The notes under the pieces: generated by a model
The model's input: only the letters and a program-made list of their open reading frames with translations
What the model was told of the DNA's origin: nothing
Databases searched by the model: none
Source: Azolla caroliniana
Taxonomy: Eukaryota; Plantae; Polypodiophyta
Direction: 5' to 3'
Length of the DNA: 64,000 bases
NCBI GenBank assembly: GCA_043228905.1
Contig: JBHGNT010000007.1
Coordinates: 2,232,001-2,296,000, forward strand
Position numbers and translations under genes: made by a program
Shown here: piece after piece, positions 1-12,015 of the stretch
How the letters are laid out: each line of letters begins with the position of its first letter
Numbering within the stretch: the stretch's first letter is position 1

Positions 1-1333
1 TTGAACTGTCAATAAATCATTTTCTGGTTCTACTTCATTTGGTAAGGGAGCAAGAATGTTCAGGTCCAAATCCTGTCTGGTCCTTACCATCCCCTCCACA
101 AAATGTAGCTTCTTCTTAAGGCAGCTAACTACCTGTTCTTGATGAATGTATTGTTCCTTCAACGCAACAGAGAAATTTACCGATTAATTATTCTTGTTGT
201 TGAAAGATACACCAACTTTGCTCAGGAATCGTTAACTTACTTGAAGCTTATCCAAATTGTTATCTGCAACAGTATTTACACCTAGAAGGTCCAGGTTCAT
301 TGAAAGAACCTGGATATCTATTTGCAGTTCTATTTTACGCTGGAGGAACGAGCCATCTGAAATATCATTTCAGAAATCAGAAATAGTGCAAAATCAGAAT
401 ATGTGAGAATCAAAAACCCCAATCAACAACAACAAAAATGGTGCAAAATCTTTAACTTAGCAAATCAGAAACCCTAATCATAATTTGTATTCAGAAATTT
501 GAAATCAGAAACCCTAATCAAAATCTGTAATCAGAAGTTTGAAATCAGAAACCCTAATCAAAATCTGTAATCAGAAGTTTGTAACCAGAAACCTTATTCA
601 GAAATTCTAATCAGAAATTTATAATCAAAAACCCTAATCAGAAATTTCAATCAGAAACCCTAATAAAAAATTTCAATCACAAACCCTAATCAGACATCCT
701 AAGCAGAAATTTATAAACAAAAACCCTATTCAGAAATTCTAATTTGTAATCAAAATTTGTAACCAGAAACCCTATTCAGAAATTCTAATCAGAAATTTAT
801 AATCAAAAACCCTAATCAGAAATTTCAATCACAAACCCTAATCACTAAAGACAGGATTAAACACAAAAAAAGTAATATAAACACACCTGTTGCTACTCCC
901 CGATTTGCGAGACATCCTTGTATGGGACTCCAAGGACTTCACCCTATTCGATTTTGGGGAAATATGAATCGGCACCAAAGTTCAGACAGTAGTCAAAAAG
1001 AAAAAACAAATGTTTGGGGTTTCTGTAACTGAAACATACCTGGACGATGATCGATTTTTTGCTGTTGCGGGAGCTACGTCTGCGTTCGTGCTCTGAGTAC
1101 TCCATCTGCGTTCAAAATCAGACTTAGGCTAAACAGGAAATTGATGACATTGAAGTCGACCTTAGATGATGGTGATATTCCCCAAGTTCCACTACGTCTG
1201 AAACAGAAGTTCAAATATTTGAGTTTTTTCATAAATTAGTTTTTCAAATATTTGATTTTCCCACAAGAAAGACTAGCTAAACAAATAGCTAATTAGCTAT
1301 GGCCATTTTAGTAGCTAATTAGCTATAATAGTG
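1..1333 (-). mobile_element. Possible CACTA/EnSpm-type element end with spliced coding fragments running off the window
   Basis: Minus strand begins CACTATTATAG at 1333. Two copies of the 14-bp palindrome TAGCTAATTAGCTA lie just inside (1286-1299, 1312-1325). GT-AG-bounded open exon-like pieces at about 241-356 (DGSFLQRKIELQ...LDKLQ) and 1-156 (EQYIHQEQ...). The other end is not in the window. Confidence 0.35.
370..845. repeat. Degenerate ~13-bp tandem repeat array (AATCAGAAACCCT / AATCAGAAATTT variants)
   Basis: Dozens of imperfect copies are visible, with higher-order duplication. It lies in the putative intron of the minus-strand fragment. Confidence 0.85.
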
Positions 1334-1403
1334 TTTCCACTCGCATGCTTTTACCCTTATACTATTCTTTAGGTACCATACTATTTACCCTAACTATCCA
1401 ACC

Positions 1404-2132
1404 GTTGAAGGTTATACGCTCGCACTCCTTGCTTAGGCCATACGGCCCACAAGTACTAAAAACCCTATCGGCCTCGGCCGAAACCGGATGACGAGTACCC
1501 GGCTACAAAAGACCCGGTGAGAATCGGATGATGAGTACCCGGCAAGAGCCGGATGGTGAAGACCCGGTGAGAACCAGATGTGGAGCACCCGACAACGGAA
1601 GAACTGGTGAGAACTGAATGACGTGTGCCAGACAAGCACCGGATGATGCAGACCTCGTGACGAGTGCTCACCGGATGAAGGGACATATTCGTAAATATGT
1701 TTCTGAGAGTCCATCGGGGCTACATTTGTAAATAGCCGAAAAGTCATATTAGTATAAATATGACTTAGGGCAAACATTAGTTTGTTGTTATTATTCTTGT
1801 TGGTGCAAGATTAGAGAGCACAACAGTGTACAGAGAGAGAGTGAGAGAGAAAGAGACGAAGAGTTCGTATCTCTGTTGTAACCGCCCCCTGTGGCGAAGA
1901 TAGCAAGCTCGAGGTCGTTGCCTCGGTGCTTCACTATTGTACATTCTGATATAGTGATAGTTTGCAGTCTGTGGGTTGTCGTGGTTTTTTCCCCTAGTTT
2001 GGGGTTTTTCACGTTAACATCCTATGTTCTCTTCTCTTCATTATGTCGTGCGTTCATTACCCGTTTACTGTATTTTGATTCTAGGCTCGGTTGTGGCCGA
2101 GCGCTGTTCGTCGGGAGCGTGTATTCCTATCA
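1404..2132 (+). mobile_element. Copia-type solo or orphan LTR related to the LTRs of copia D
   Basis: Shares CTCTGTTGTAACCGCC..GGCGAAGATA..AGCTCGAGGTCGTTGCCTC and CTCGGTTGTGGCCGAGC with 28553-29099. Has internal ACCGGATG/CCGGTGAGA repeats and ends in TATCA. Left edge is approximate and no TSD was seen. Confidence 0.7.
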
Positions 2133-2339
2133 ATTGTCATGATCCTTTCTATGCATAATGTGAGTGTTATCATGACAGAACCGATCTGGATCCATACTAA
2201 TTGATAGCCGATAGCCAGTAGGCACCATTTTGTAATTCTTACCGGATGCCTATAAAAGGGTCTGGAATCGATGAAATTGATTAACAAAAGTAGTCTCTGT
2301 ACTTTCCGTTCTACGCTTCAATTGTTAATTTTACGGGTG

Positions 2340-3183
2340 TTAACAATTGTTAATTTTACGTGCTTCAAGTGTCAGAGTCTTCGGGACCCATGTGTGGAAC
2401 AATTCCGTAACTTTGTCCGCTGACAACTCGTCCATCGCCACTAACTCCTCGATATCACGACTAGTAGTTATCTCCTCTTCTTCGATCATGCAAGCCTTGA
2501 ATCTGCTTGCTTCTCCTTCTCTAAAGTTTCGGCCACTAGTTATGCACGAAACCATTGGTCCTTTTCCGAACTCGCGATCGTCACCTGTCCGATTCCGAGT
2601 TTATCCTCAATCGGTCTTTCTCCACAACTGGAGAGGGTGACTTGCTCCACACCCTTGCCAATGGTACCGTCGGGTTTTGCCCCCGCTCACCAGTCTTTGT
2701 TCGTGCACCAGGAGCCTATCAAAGCGCTGCTTAAACTCCAGGAAACCCTTCGCCGACACTATCCACTGGTCGAAGTCTTTCAAGAGTGCAGCTTCGAAGG
2801 CCTCCCATGAACTATGAGCTTCATGGAGCTCCATTACTTGCGAGTGCATCCGGATGGCTACCACTCGACAAAAAACTCTAGCCTCAATGTCTCATCTACG
2901 TTTCGCACTGCCATTTCCGTGTTGTAGGCTTCCAAGAAGAATGGGACTTTGTCCCTATTAAAACGGTCAACTCTATCGACCATGCTCTCGACAGCGTGTT
3001 GTGCCGCTTCTCATTTCATTGTCACTCATCTGAACTCTATGACTACTTTTGTCATTATCTCTGTGAAGTCTTCATCTTCCAACTCCATCCTCCCTTGCTG
3101 CCCTTTCACGTCGGGTTCACTAAAGATGTCGTGGAAATCAACGCGTGTACGATCTAGTGCGGGACCACCGGGATCTTGCACCA
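2340..3183 (-). mobile_element. Degenerate gypsy-like gag fragment
   Basis: Broken minus-strand translation RVDRFNRDKVPFFLEAYNTEM...SWEAFEAALLKDF resembles retrotransposon capsid sequence. Confidence 0.45.
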
Positions 3184-3554
3184 GAGAGAGATGGAGGAGG
3201 GAAGACCGAGCTTACTGGTTCCGACGACACCGGCCAATATACCGGCCAATAGGCCGGAACTTCACCCAATACACAACGGAGGCAACTGGATGAGAGAGAG
3301 GAAACACGTGTGCACACTCACATATTCTCACATCTCGTACAAATAAGCCGGAAAGAAGGGAAAATATCTGACACTCAACACAACAAAAATGAAACCCTTA
3401 AAGTGAGAGAGAGAGAAAGAGAGAGAGAGAGGAAAATACCAAAAATGGGGAACCTGATTTCTTGGTGGCGGATGATCGCGATCATCCTATTGAGGACAAT
3501 CGTGGTAGGGCTCAATTTCGCATACTAGAGAGGTGGTTGTGCGATGAGCATATT

Positions 3555-5400
3555 ATATTCACACTACTCTACCGTGTGTGTGCGGGAGTGGTAGATCAGG
3601 CAGTGTGGTCAAAGAGCACACTCCACGGCCAAATAGCCGGAGTTAGAGCATGTCGTGCATTGGATTGCTGGCCGAAATTGGGTTTCTTAATGTGTCGGGA
3701 AGGTACTTTGGAGGAATCCCATAGAGAAAGAGGTATTATGCTAAGCTGTATCCACAACGAGGACGCGGGCGACCACCTGCTCAATTGTTTATTGTGAGAA
3801 GTCGGTTAAGGCTAACATTGTAAGAAGATGCTCGTGTAATCCTGCGAGGAATATAGATGATTGTGTAGGATCTATGTATTGATGGAGTTAAGTCCTCGAT
3901 GTCGTTCGTGGAGTTCGGACCGGCATATACCCTTTTGATGGCAAATCGGGCGGAGATGGTTGTCAGACACCTTTGAACCTCAGACTCACTTAACGATTCA
4001 CTCTCTCAAGCTCGCTCTCATAGACAATAGGGTAATGAATGTAGACAATAAGAATAATGAATATGTTATTAACCCTCTTTGGTAAGAGGTCTAGCACCAA
4101 CAAGGAAGAGAGATTAGTGTTCTCTAACTAAACACTTCACTAATCTCTCTTAAGCTTAAAGGTTACAAGAAGGAGGAGAGGAAGCTCTAGCTCTTAATCA
4201 ATAGGGAGATCTTTACAAATGGAAGAACCCTTACAAAGCCACCAATATGTGGTTCACATAGCATTTACATTTAGGGTGTGGACCTTTCACACTTGGGTGT
4301 CCCTTAGTCCTCTTTCCTCTTGTCGTTCCCTCTTCGTAGGTCCTTTAGCCATACTACGTCCTTGTCGATGCACTCTTCTTCATTACCGGTCGTGGTGTGA
4401 TCCAAGCGCTTAACAATGATTCGTAGACACATCTTGACCTACCTCCCGATAGAGATCCTGGAAGCGGATCGTAAACTATGAAACCATTTCATGCGGTTCT
4501 TGTGCAATGGCATAGAGCTGATTGAGGAGTTTGTGCTTCGATATCTCGTGATGGAAAAGTTTGAGGAATCGATTATGGACGTCCTCAAACACCCTCAAAT
4601 TCATCGAGATCGTGGAGGAAATACCACCGTACGGTGGGTTCATCGAGGGGTAGTGTGAACTCCGCGATTTTCGATGTGTCATCCTTAATAGCGGTGAGAT
4701 GATGCGTCGAATGGTTGGCTTGCCAAGTCGACAAAAAAACATCGAATGTGCGATTCGGCATCAACGCCATCCGTGTAATGTTGATACGGATATGGCATGG
4801 TGTCAAAGTCGGGGTTTTCGGGTAGCGCCGGAAAGGGGTGGTATTCTTCTTGGTTGACTTCAGGAGGGCTACGTGGCAAAACGGGGTCAGAGCGCACGTT
4901 CGATTGAGTGTCTGTTGCCAGGCACCAGCAGTTGAGGGTGGTGTGACTCAGATAGCTCCGACGATGATTGTTGCATGAGCATGAAGTGGGAAGTGCCCTC
5001 GGTTGGTTCGGCGCGGCGAGATTGCAGTCGAGAACGTGTGCTACGGGTGGGCGCCGTAATGGCGACTAGGGTTTCCTCCTACACTGTTCGTTGTGACCTC
5101 ACAACATGAACCAAGCGTGCCAAATTGTGTTGTCTCCTTGGAGATGCAGCTTCGATTACTCCCATGACTAATCAGGTCAAGGAATCGTGGTTGCGTAGGG
5201 GACTTAATATAGGGCCGAGTAGGGCTGAACAGTTATATGATAGACGATCAAGATTGATTTACATTTACGGCTTATAAATAGTAGGATTGAAAGTAAAGAT
5301 TAAGATGCAACATACTCAGAGGTGACCCAAAAGGTAATTGTATTGATCACTGCATATATCGGTTACAAAGACATTACAAGTCAACTAACTATCGATTACT
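3555..5400 (-). mobile_element. Degenerate non-chromovirus gypsy 5' remnant (LTR part, PBS, gag with zinc knuckles), interrupted by a solo LTR
   Basis: Minus-strand PBS-like TGGCACGC at 5115-5122 next to an LTR-like end. Gag-like YPYQHYTDGVDAESHIR..FLKLFHHEISKHKLLNQLYAIAQEPHE, and knuckle-like CTTCSNSGYLAVEC near 3620-3665. Confidence 0.55.
3961..4415. mobile_element. Solo LTR (455 bp)
   Basis: Termini TGTCA...TAACA. Flanks ATGGT / ATGAT form a 5-bp TSD with one mismatch. It interrupts the gag remnant. Confidence 0.75.
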
Positions 5401-5669
5401 TTCTCTCTATACATATATCAATATTCTCCCTCTGTTCTATAGCTTAAAAATATGTATATTCCCTATTTTTTCGTTGTTTGTCAATTTATATAGCCTCTCC
5501 TTTTCTTGGCGTGCTTTAACAACCTACTCCTGATTCTCAGCCTTTATTTACCGTTGTTTGTATTCGTTTTACCTTCCTCGGCTGCCAGTGCTCGGGTTGA
5601 TTCTCCTTTTCATAGTGACCTACTCGTCTCCTTTTTTAAGATTCGTTTCACACCTCATGCCTTTTGTCC

Positions 5670-8600
5670 CACAGATAACAATGTGATTGCTCATTTCTTT
5701 GAATGTTTTCTTTTTGCCAAACCAAAAAACTCTTTGCTTTAGTTATAAAATTTTATAGTCATCCATATTATATACAAACTGTAGAAGGGGCTCGATAATT
5801 CCATCTTATTGTGCATGTTTGTGCCTGCATTTTTATGTGTAAAATAAATAAATAATCCTAACCCTAACCCTAAATGTACATGTTGATGGGTGCGGGGAGA
5901 AGCTCAGTGTTGGTTTGTTGCTCGATGTCTCTTTGTTGCTCTTCCTTGATGCCAAGATGAAGGATCGATATGTGAAAAAGGGAGATTATGCATCCCTTTT
6001 TCCTTATTTTTTAATTTGTTTTTGAAAAACGCATCATTATACGATGCCTTTGTTAAGCACATCACAATGTGGCGCATCGCAATACACATCATTATGCCAC
6101 ATGTTTCTTGTGGATGTCCCTTTCTGCTACCTTCATTGGCTATTATGACCAAATTTTGTTGTTAATTTTCTTTTTTTATGTAGCCAAGATCAGTTTCACC
6201 AATTTCGATTTATCAACCTTTCATTGTAATGGTGCATCAACAATCTGATGTGTCGTTAACGATCCTCCTAAGGCTTTTGCTAGGTCAAGGACTAGGCAGT
6301 GAGGGGAGTTGGGAGACATAGTGCATGAATGTCCAAGTAGTAAGCAAGGGAGTGAACCCATCTCGAGCCTCCCTCGTGGCTTGATCTTCAACGTAAGCCC
6401 ACAAATGATAAGGTCTAACAATTGTGTTGGATCATCGGGGAGTACTTTTACAACTTGAACTTTTGGATGTGGAGAGTATTCTAGTCAAACGTCTAGGAAC
6501 TATGTATAGTCGAAGGTCTTTCCATACACTTTGTATCTCAGAGAGAGGTTAGCACGCCCGCGAATAGGTAACCCCACAATAATCTTCTTCGGTGCCAAAT
6601 ACTCATGGGTTTTTCAAGTGAATGTAACATCCTTCTCGGTTTTTCCGACACTTTCTTATTAATGACAAATATTAAAAGGAATTAAAAGGAAACGAAGAAG
6701 AGTACAGACTCAACGGAGCAAGAATGGGAAGCTTCTCGGTTTCACACTTGGGCGGCCGGACAAATCAAATGAGATAGACCATTGGATAAGGTCAACTGAA
6801 AGATCAATCAATGATCAGAAGAAGGTAAGATAAGATAGCTTCCCCCCAAGTTCTCGCAAATATCTTGAATTTAAGCACAGATTTCTGCTTGTGTTTATGT
6901 GTTTTTCCAGGGTATGTATACACACACAGAGATCCCAATTCGAAAGTGGTGTCTTATACTAATCCAGAGATGGGGCACTAAATCCAAGCGCTAGCGGAAT
7001 GGAATGGCATATGAAGGAAGAGACAAATTGATTTAATCAAGCAGCTGGGGCGACAGAGCAGCAGTAGGGGGGATGAATATTAGAGGTACAGGTGACTTGG
7101 AATCAATGCCTCAGATTCACATATCGTGCAATTATTGATGAAGCCAGAAGTATGACATTGTCATCACGCCAGAAGACGAAAGCCATGATCTGGACTCTGG
7201 AACTACATCTTCTAGGCTTGGACATGAAATGAGACATTAGTATGATATTTATGGGCAATGGATGGATTCAGGACAGAGTACTGTCTATTTCTATGCACAG
7301 AGAATGGAGATCTGCTGTGAGATGCCACCGTCAATTCATATCGTATGAAGTACTCTGAACACAGAATTATCCGTGACTTCCCGGTAGATAGGTAGCCGAC
7401 GTCTAACTGATTGCATTAGCGAGATTTTGGTTACAGTTTTCTGATAAGAATATGTGTATAGTTGGGAATTATATGTTTATATTATACAAGCCCATGTACA
7501 TATATATATAATAGTTCATATAGTATACTTCCAAGCAAGAAAACTTTGGAATAGCCGGCCATTAAAATGAGCTGCACTCGGCCTTTCACAGTAGATGAGT
7601 GAGTAATCATACTAATCATGTAGCTCCTGGTGTGGTTGATCATCTTCTTAGCCAAACTACTAAGCGTACTAGCCAAACTCAACCAAATCTAAACCCCACT
7701 TGCTCCTCAACTTGATAAGCTCTACCTCTAATATGGAAGTTCTATTTTAAGTCCAAGAACAAGCTTAAACCACTTATACACGCAGCATCATCTACAATGA
7801 CAGATTGGAACGAATATAAAGAGTAGTAGTACATCATCAAAAACAACAGAAACAAGTCAGCATTAGCCACTATATAAATTTGAACAAATTTATATAAATG
7901 AAAAAGGGCATACATATACATATATCTATATCTATATATATCTATCTATATAACTTTGTGATTTAAGAATATGTGTATAGTCTGGAATTGACATGTGGGT
8001 ACCCAAAGAAACACAGCTTTTCTATAGACATTAATAGATAGCAAGACAGCTTTTCAAACTCATGCAAGCATACAGAAAAATGCATGTCATAGAGACACAA
8101 GTTATATTATACAAACTCATATATATATATATATAATACAAGTTGTATTCTTGCAATCAAGAACACCTTGGAATGGCCGGTGTAGGGTTTGGGGTTTATA
8201 TAACCCTAAAAACTTCTCATCATTTACAAACCCTCAAAACGTCTCATTCTTTTCAGACTATATCAGCAATTACGTCGGATTGTGGACGGTGATTATAATA
8301 TTGGTTGTCTTGATGGGCCTCAATGATACCACTCAGAATCGTGTTGGAGTTTCTCTCATTGCCAAAGAAATGGAGCCACAAAGTTGTGATGATTAATGGG
8401 ATCAAAACTAATATGGCCGCAACAGCACCAACTAAGAAGCATAAGTAGATAGGGAGGGAGACATATAAGAGCGCTCTGAACCCACGGGATTGGTTCCGCA
8501 AAGCTCTGGAAATGGCGATGTCCACATCTTCTCGACTGTGAGTGCCAAGCTGTATGCCTTTCACAAAGATTACATACAAACAGTAGTATGCGACCTTACA

Positions 8601-8990
8601 GTTGAAGATGAAGGACTGGAAGTCCCATGACAAGGCACAAGATAGCAATATGGTAGAAAGAGTGTCCTGATCTGTGAAAGTTGAGCTGTGCAGGATCAAT
8701 ACGGTGGAGAATGAGCAGACATTGAGAGCCATCATTAGAATGGAGCCCTATCATGATGATCAATAAAGACATCATATCAAAAGATTTAGGATTTATAATT
8801 CCAAATTCAAATATACAATTATATCTTCTATAATGAAACATATGATATGCTTCGTCCGGTAATCTATATACATGCGCATATATGATCATCATGCTTAATC
8901 ACAACATTGAATAGCAATGAGTATTTGCATGAAGTACCAATATCAAGACTATGGCGGAAGAGATGAGGGCCATATTTCTGGGGAGCTTAG
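5670..8990. repeat. Copy 1 of a local segmental duplication unit (DUF599-like gene plus downstream region)
   Basis: 5686-6330 matches 43030-43720 directly. 6290-6815 and 5686-5810 match 39076-39820 inverted. 6630-7560 matches 40840-41830. 7676-7780 matches 44565-44630. Confidence 0.85.
8253..8973 (-). CDS. Divergent DUF599-like multipass membrane protein, copy A (exons 8973-8938 and 8747-8253, about 176 aa)
   Basis: Exon 1 MALISSAIVLIL followed by GTAC donor. TAG acceptor then GSILMMALN...SRGFRALLYVSLPIYLCFLVG, which resembles the DUF599 motifs GSTLMAT and GLRAFYFSFPLFLWIFGP. Same splice sites as paralog B. TATA-like motif at 9034-9040. Confidence 0.7.
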
Positions 8991-9132
8991 TTGAGAGTTA
9001 AATACTTGGGGGATTGTTCCCTGGGTGCAAAGCATATATAGGCTGCAAGTTAATTGCGAATCCATTTATTTTTTCTTTATTTTTCTTTGCGTACATTTTC
9101 TTATTTTATTTTAGACGTCAATATCACCTTTA

Positions 9133-9351
9133 TTTTTCTTTAGCTTTAGGAACGATAGGAACATATGGACCATTTTTCTTTAGCTTTAGGAACGATAGGA
9201 ACATATGTGACCTTGCGGCTTACAAAGTTCTCTTTCTTCTTGGTTCAGATTTTGTGACTTCTCTAATACAGAAGATTCTTCTTGGTTCATATTTCGTGAC
9301 TTCTCTAATACAGAACATTCTTCTTGGTTCAGATTTCGTGACTTCTCTAAT
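9133..9351. repeat. Two short tandem duplications upstream of DUF599-like A (about 40 bp x2 and 42 bp x3)
   Basis: TTTTTCTTTAGCTTTAGGAACGATAGGAACATATG occurs twice. TTCTTCTTGGTTCA(G/T)ATTT(T/C)GTGACTTCTCTAATAC occurs three times. Confidence 0.9.
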
Positions 9352-9652
9352 ACTCTAATATTGTCAATGGCCACAAAACAAGTCCTTTTAACTTTAGAAC
9401 ATATTTTCTCACCCCAAATTGCGATTAAAAATGAAAGCATTCCGCATATTCCAATTGAACCATAGCCCCTAATACCTCAAGAACTCAAAAATAATTTGAA
9501 AATGAGGCATTGATTCATTGTTCTCTATATGTGCAAAAACCCAACTGAAGGAAGATATAGACTTACTCCTGTTACATACATCCACACTAAACTGATACGT
9601 AAATAGAATAAACATTGACGGCCCTAATCGTTGTTAATCTAAGATGCCACTG

Positions 9653-9655
<3 letters not shown>

Positions 9656-9700
<45 letters not shown>
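9656..9700. repeat. (CT)n microsatellite
   Basis: Perfect CT run. Confidence 0.95.
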
Positions 9701-9704
<4 letters not shown>

Positions 9705-10015
9705 TTTCTTTTTTTTTTCTTGTAGGTCCCCAACAATCTAAACTATTGCAAAAGATACACCACCCCAATAATCCCCCTCTTAAATACTTCCACATAATAC
9801 TATATTTTTTTTATGTCACACTTCTATGATTCCCCCTCTTCGTAGAGCCCACCCCCAGTTATCACTTATGCACCTTCAAACTTAGGTATACAAAAGATAC
9901 ACTTAGATTAGGATTTAATGACTTGTTAGAAAACCTGCACACAAATTTACTCACAGATCCCCAACAATCTAAACTATCGTGACCCTTCGTATGTTGGACT
10001 AAGTCCACGTCCATT

Positions 10016-10347
10016 CATTCCCCTATTATCAAAACTAAACATAAATCCATAAATACTCCCACTTAATACTATGTTCTTTTCATATCCCAGCCCTATAATC
10101 CCCCTCTTCTTAAATCCCACCCCCACTCATCACTCATCATAATCCCCCACTTATGACACAGATACATACTTATAAACCCATCATTCCCCTATTATCAAAA
10201 CTAAACATAAATCCATAAATACTCCCACTTAATACTATGTTCTTTTTATATCCCAGCCCTATAATCCCCCTCTTCTTAAATCCCACCCCCACTCATCACT
10301 CATCATAATCCCCCACTTATGACACATATACATACTTATAACCCCAT
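10016..10347. repeat. 166-bp near-perfect tandem duplication
   Basis: Unit CATTCCCCTATTATCAAAAC... starts at 10016 and at 10182. A degenerate third copy lies at about 9720-9870. Confidence 0.9.
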
Positions 10348-10416
10348 CAATCCTTACACTTATCAATCCTTTGACTATCACCATTCCCCTTTTCCCTCTC
10401 TTCCCTCACTGACTCC

Positions 10417-10419
<3 letters not shown>

Positions 10420-10469
<50 letters not shown>

Positions 10470-10488
10470 CCCCCCCCCCCCCCCCCCC
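10420..10488. repeat. (CT)n followed by a poly-C run
   Basis: Seen directly. Confidence 0.95.
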
Positions 10489-10490
10489 TA

Positions 10491-11545
10491 TGATAGAACA
10501 TAAAATTTCCACTATAAGATAAGACGAAATACAATCACAGAATGATAGAACCTGATTTGGTATGGTTGTACTCTAAAACCACAATTTCAACCGAGTGCAC
10601 CAAACCCTAGATCGTAGGTATCTATCTCTTTCAAAGACTTCAAGGCTTCTTGATTTGTCTTTTCTTTTCTTTTTGTTACAATCTCCTTCCTTTGTTTCCT
10701 CTCATGCTCAACTTCTAAGCCATGGCACCCGCACAACCACTACTATGTTTGCTCTCAATCGTTCTCTGTGTCGCTCTTCTCTTGCAACACATTCACATAC
10801 AACTCACGTGCTCCCTTACTCACATAAGTTTTCTTTCACGCTTTTCTCATTGTTCTTACTCTCAATGAGTTATCCCACATTCAAACGCAACTAGTTCGAC
10901 TATCACTATATATACAACTCATCTCATATACAATATATGAATACACGTATACATGTATATGTTTGTTTAGACTTCTAGTCAACTAATTGTCATTCGACCG
11001 AATCCCATTTCGGTTCTTTGACCGAATTCAACCAGCCGACTCTCATTTTGGCTTTCTGACCGATTTCGGCCAGCCGACTCTCGTTTCGGCTTTTCGGCCA
11101 ATTTCGATCAGCCAACTCGTTTTGGTTTTTCAGCTGATTTCGACTAGTCGACTCCCTCACAAGGAGGGACAGTCATAACAAACTCCCCCTTCACTCTTGT
11201 AGGGGGAGAGTCAACTAGACCAGTCTTTTGTCGGCACGCAACAAGTTTTTCCATAAGCAAGATTTTTGTAAGCATGTCTGATCCATTTTCGTTAATATGG
11301 ATCTTTGCTAGGAAAAAATTATTTTCTTCCACTCTTTCTCGCAGCCAATCATACCTTCTTTGAATGTGCTTCGTACAAGAATGATAGGCAACATTCTTAG
11401 CAAGGTGGATAACACTCTGATTATCACAATGAAGTAAGAACTTTTCTTGCTTCATTCCTAGTTCTCTTAAAAAATCTCTCATCCAGATCAATTCTTTTCC
11501 AGCTTCCACTGCAGCCATATGCTCAGCCTCTGTGGTTGACAAAGC
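10491..11545 (-). mobile_element. Ty1/copia 3' fragment: RNase H, PPT and 3' LTR
   Basis: RNase H sequence LSTTEAEHMAAVEAGKELIW..CDNQSVIHLAKN..HIQRRY..SDMLTK. PPT AGGGGGAGTT at 11190-11181, then an LTR starting TGTTATG at 11180. The far LTR end is at 10491 or 10543 (TATCA). Confidence 0.85.
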
Positions 11546-12015
11546 TGTTACCGATTAGGAACACGGTCTATAGTCAGTCCTTCGACCTAGACCTCAAGGT
11601 GACTGCGTGACAACGAATGGTACCGTCGTACCATAATACTTAATGGGATACCTCCTGTATCATAGTAGTGTATAAGGGAGATGGCTACAACCGAACTCCT
11701 TAGACCGTGCACTAGTAACCACACTGTCACTCACGCCTAAGCTCTTACGATTACGCTACGCCACCAAGAATCACATACATACAGTAGATTAACCACATAT
11801 ACGCACAGGGATCAGAGAAGATAGAACTCTATTAAGATACGCTTTCTGCACTCAAAATTTACACGCTACCTTTATCAGAGGATTTCTGCTCTTTATATAC
11901 ACAGGGACTTTTAGCCGTTCACGCTTCCCGCGTGAACCGTTTACATGCGTTACGTTTTTACTATATTCTATATTTGTGCGCTCCTGTCCGTCGGTTACTA
12001 TTCTGGCGGACAACA
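11546..12015 (-). mobile_element. Orphan LTR, same family as 35781-36216
   Basis: Minus strand reads TGTTGTCCGCCAGAAT...GTTCCTAATCGGTAACA, and both termini match 35781-36216. It truncates the copia RNase H. No TSD. Confidence 0.75.

Noticed and set aside
370-845. True telomere or interstitial telomeric array
   Set aside because: The unit is about 13 bp (AATCAGAAACCCT), not tandem CCCTAAA.
2135-2177. 43-bp element bounded by TGTCATGAT/ATCATGACA, resembling chromovirus LTR ends
   Set aside because: Too short and without a TSD, so it cannot be told apart from chance or a deletion remnant.
9234-9351. CRISPR-like array
   Set aside because: The repeats are head-to-tail without unique spacers, the context is eukaryotic, and there are no cas genes.
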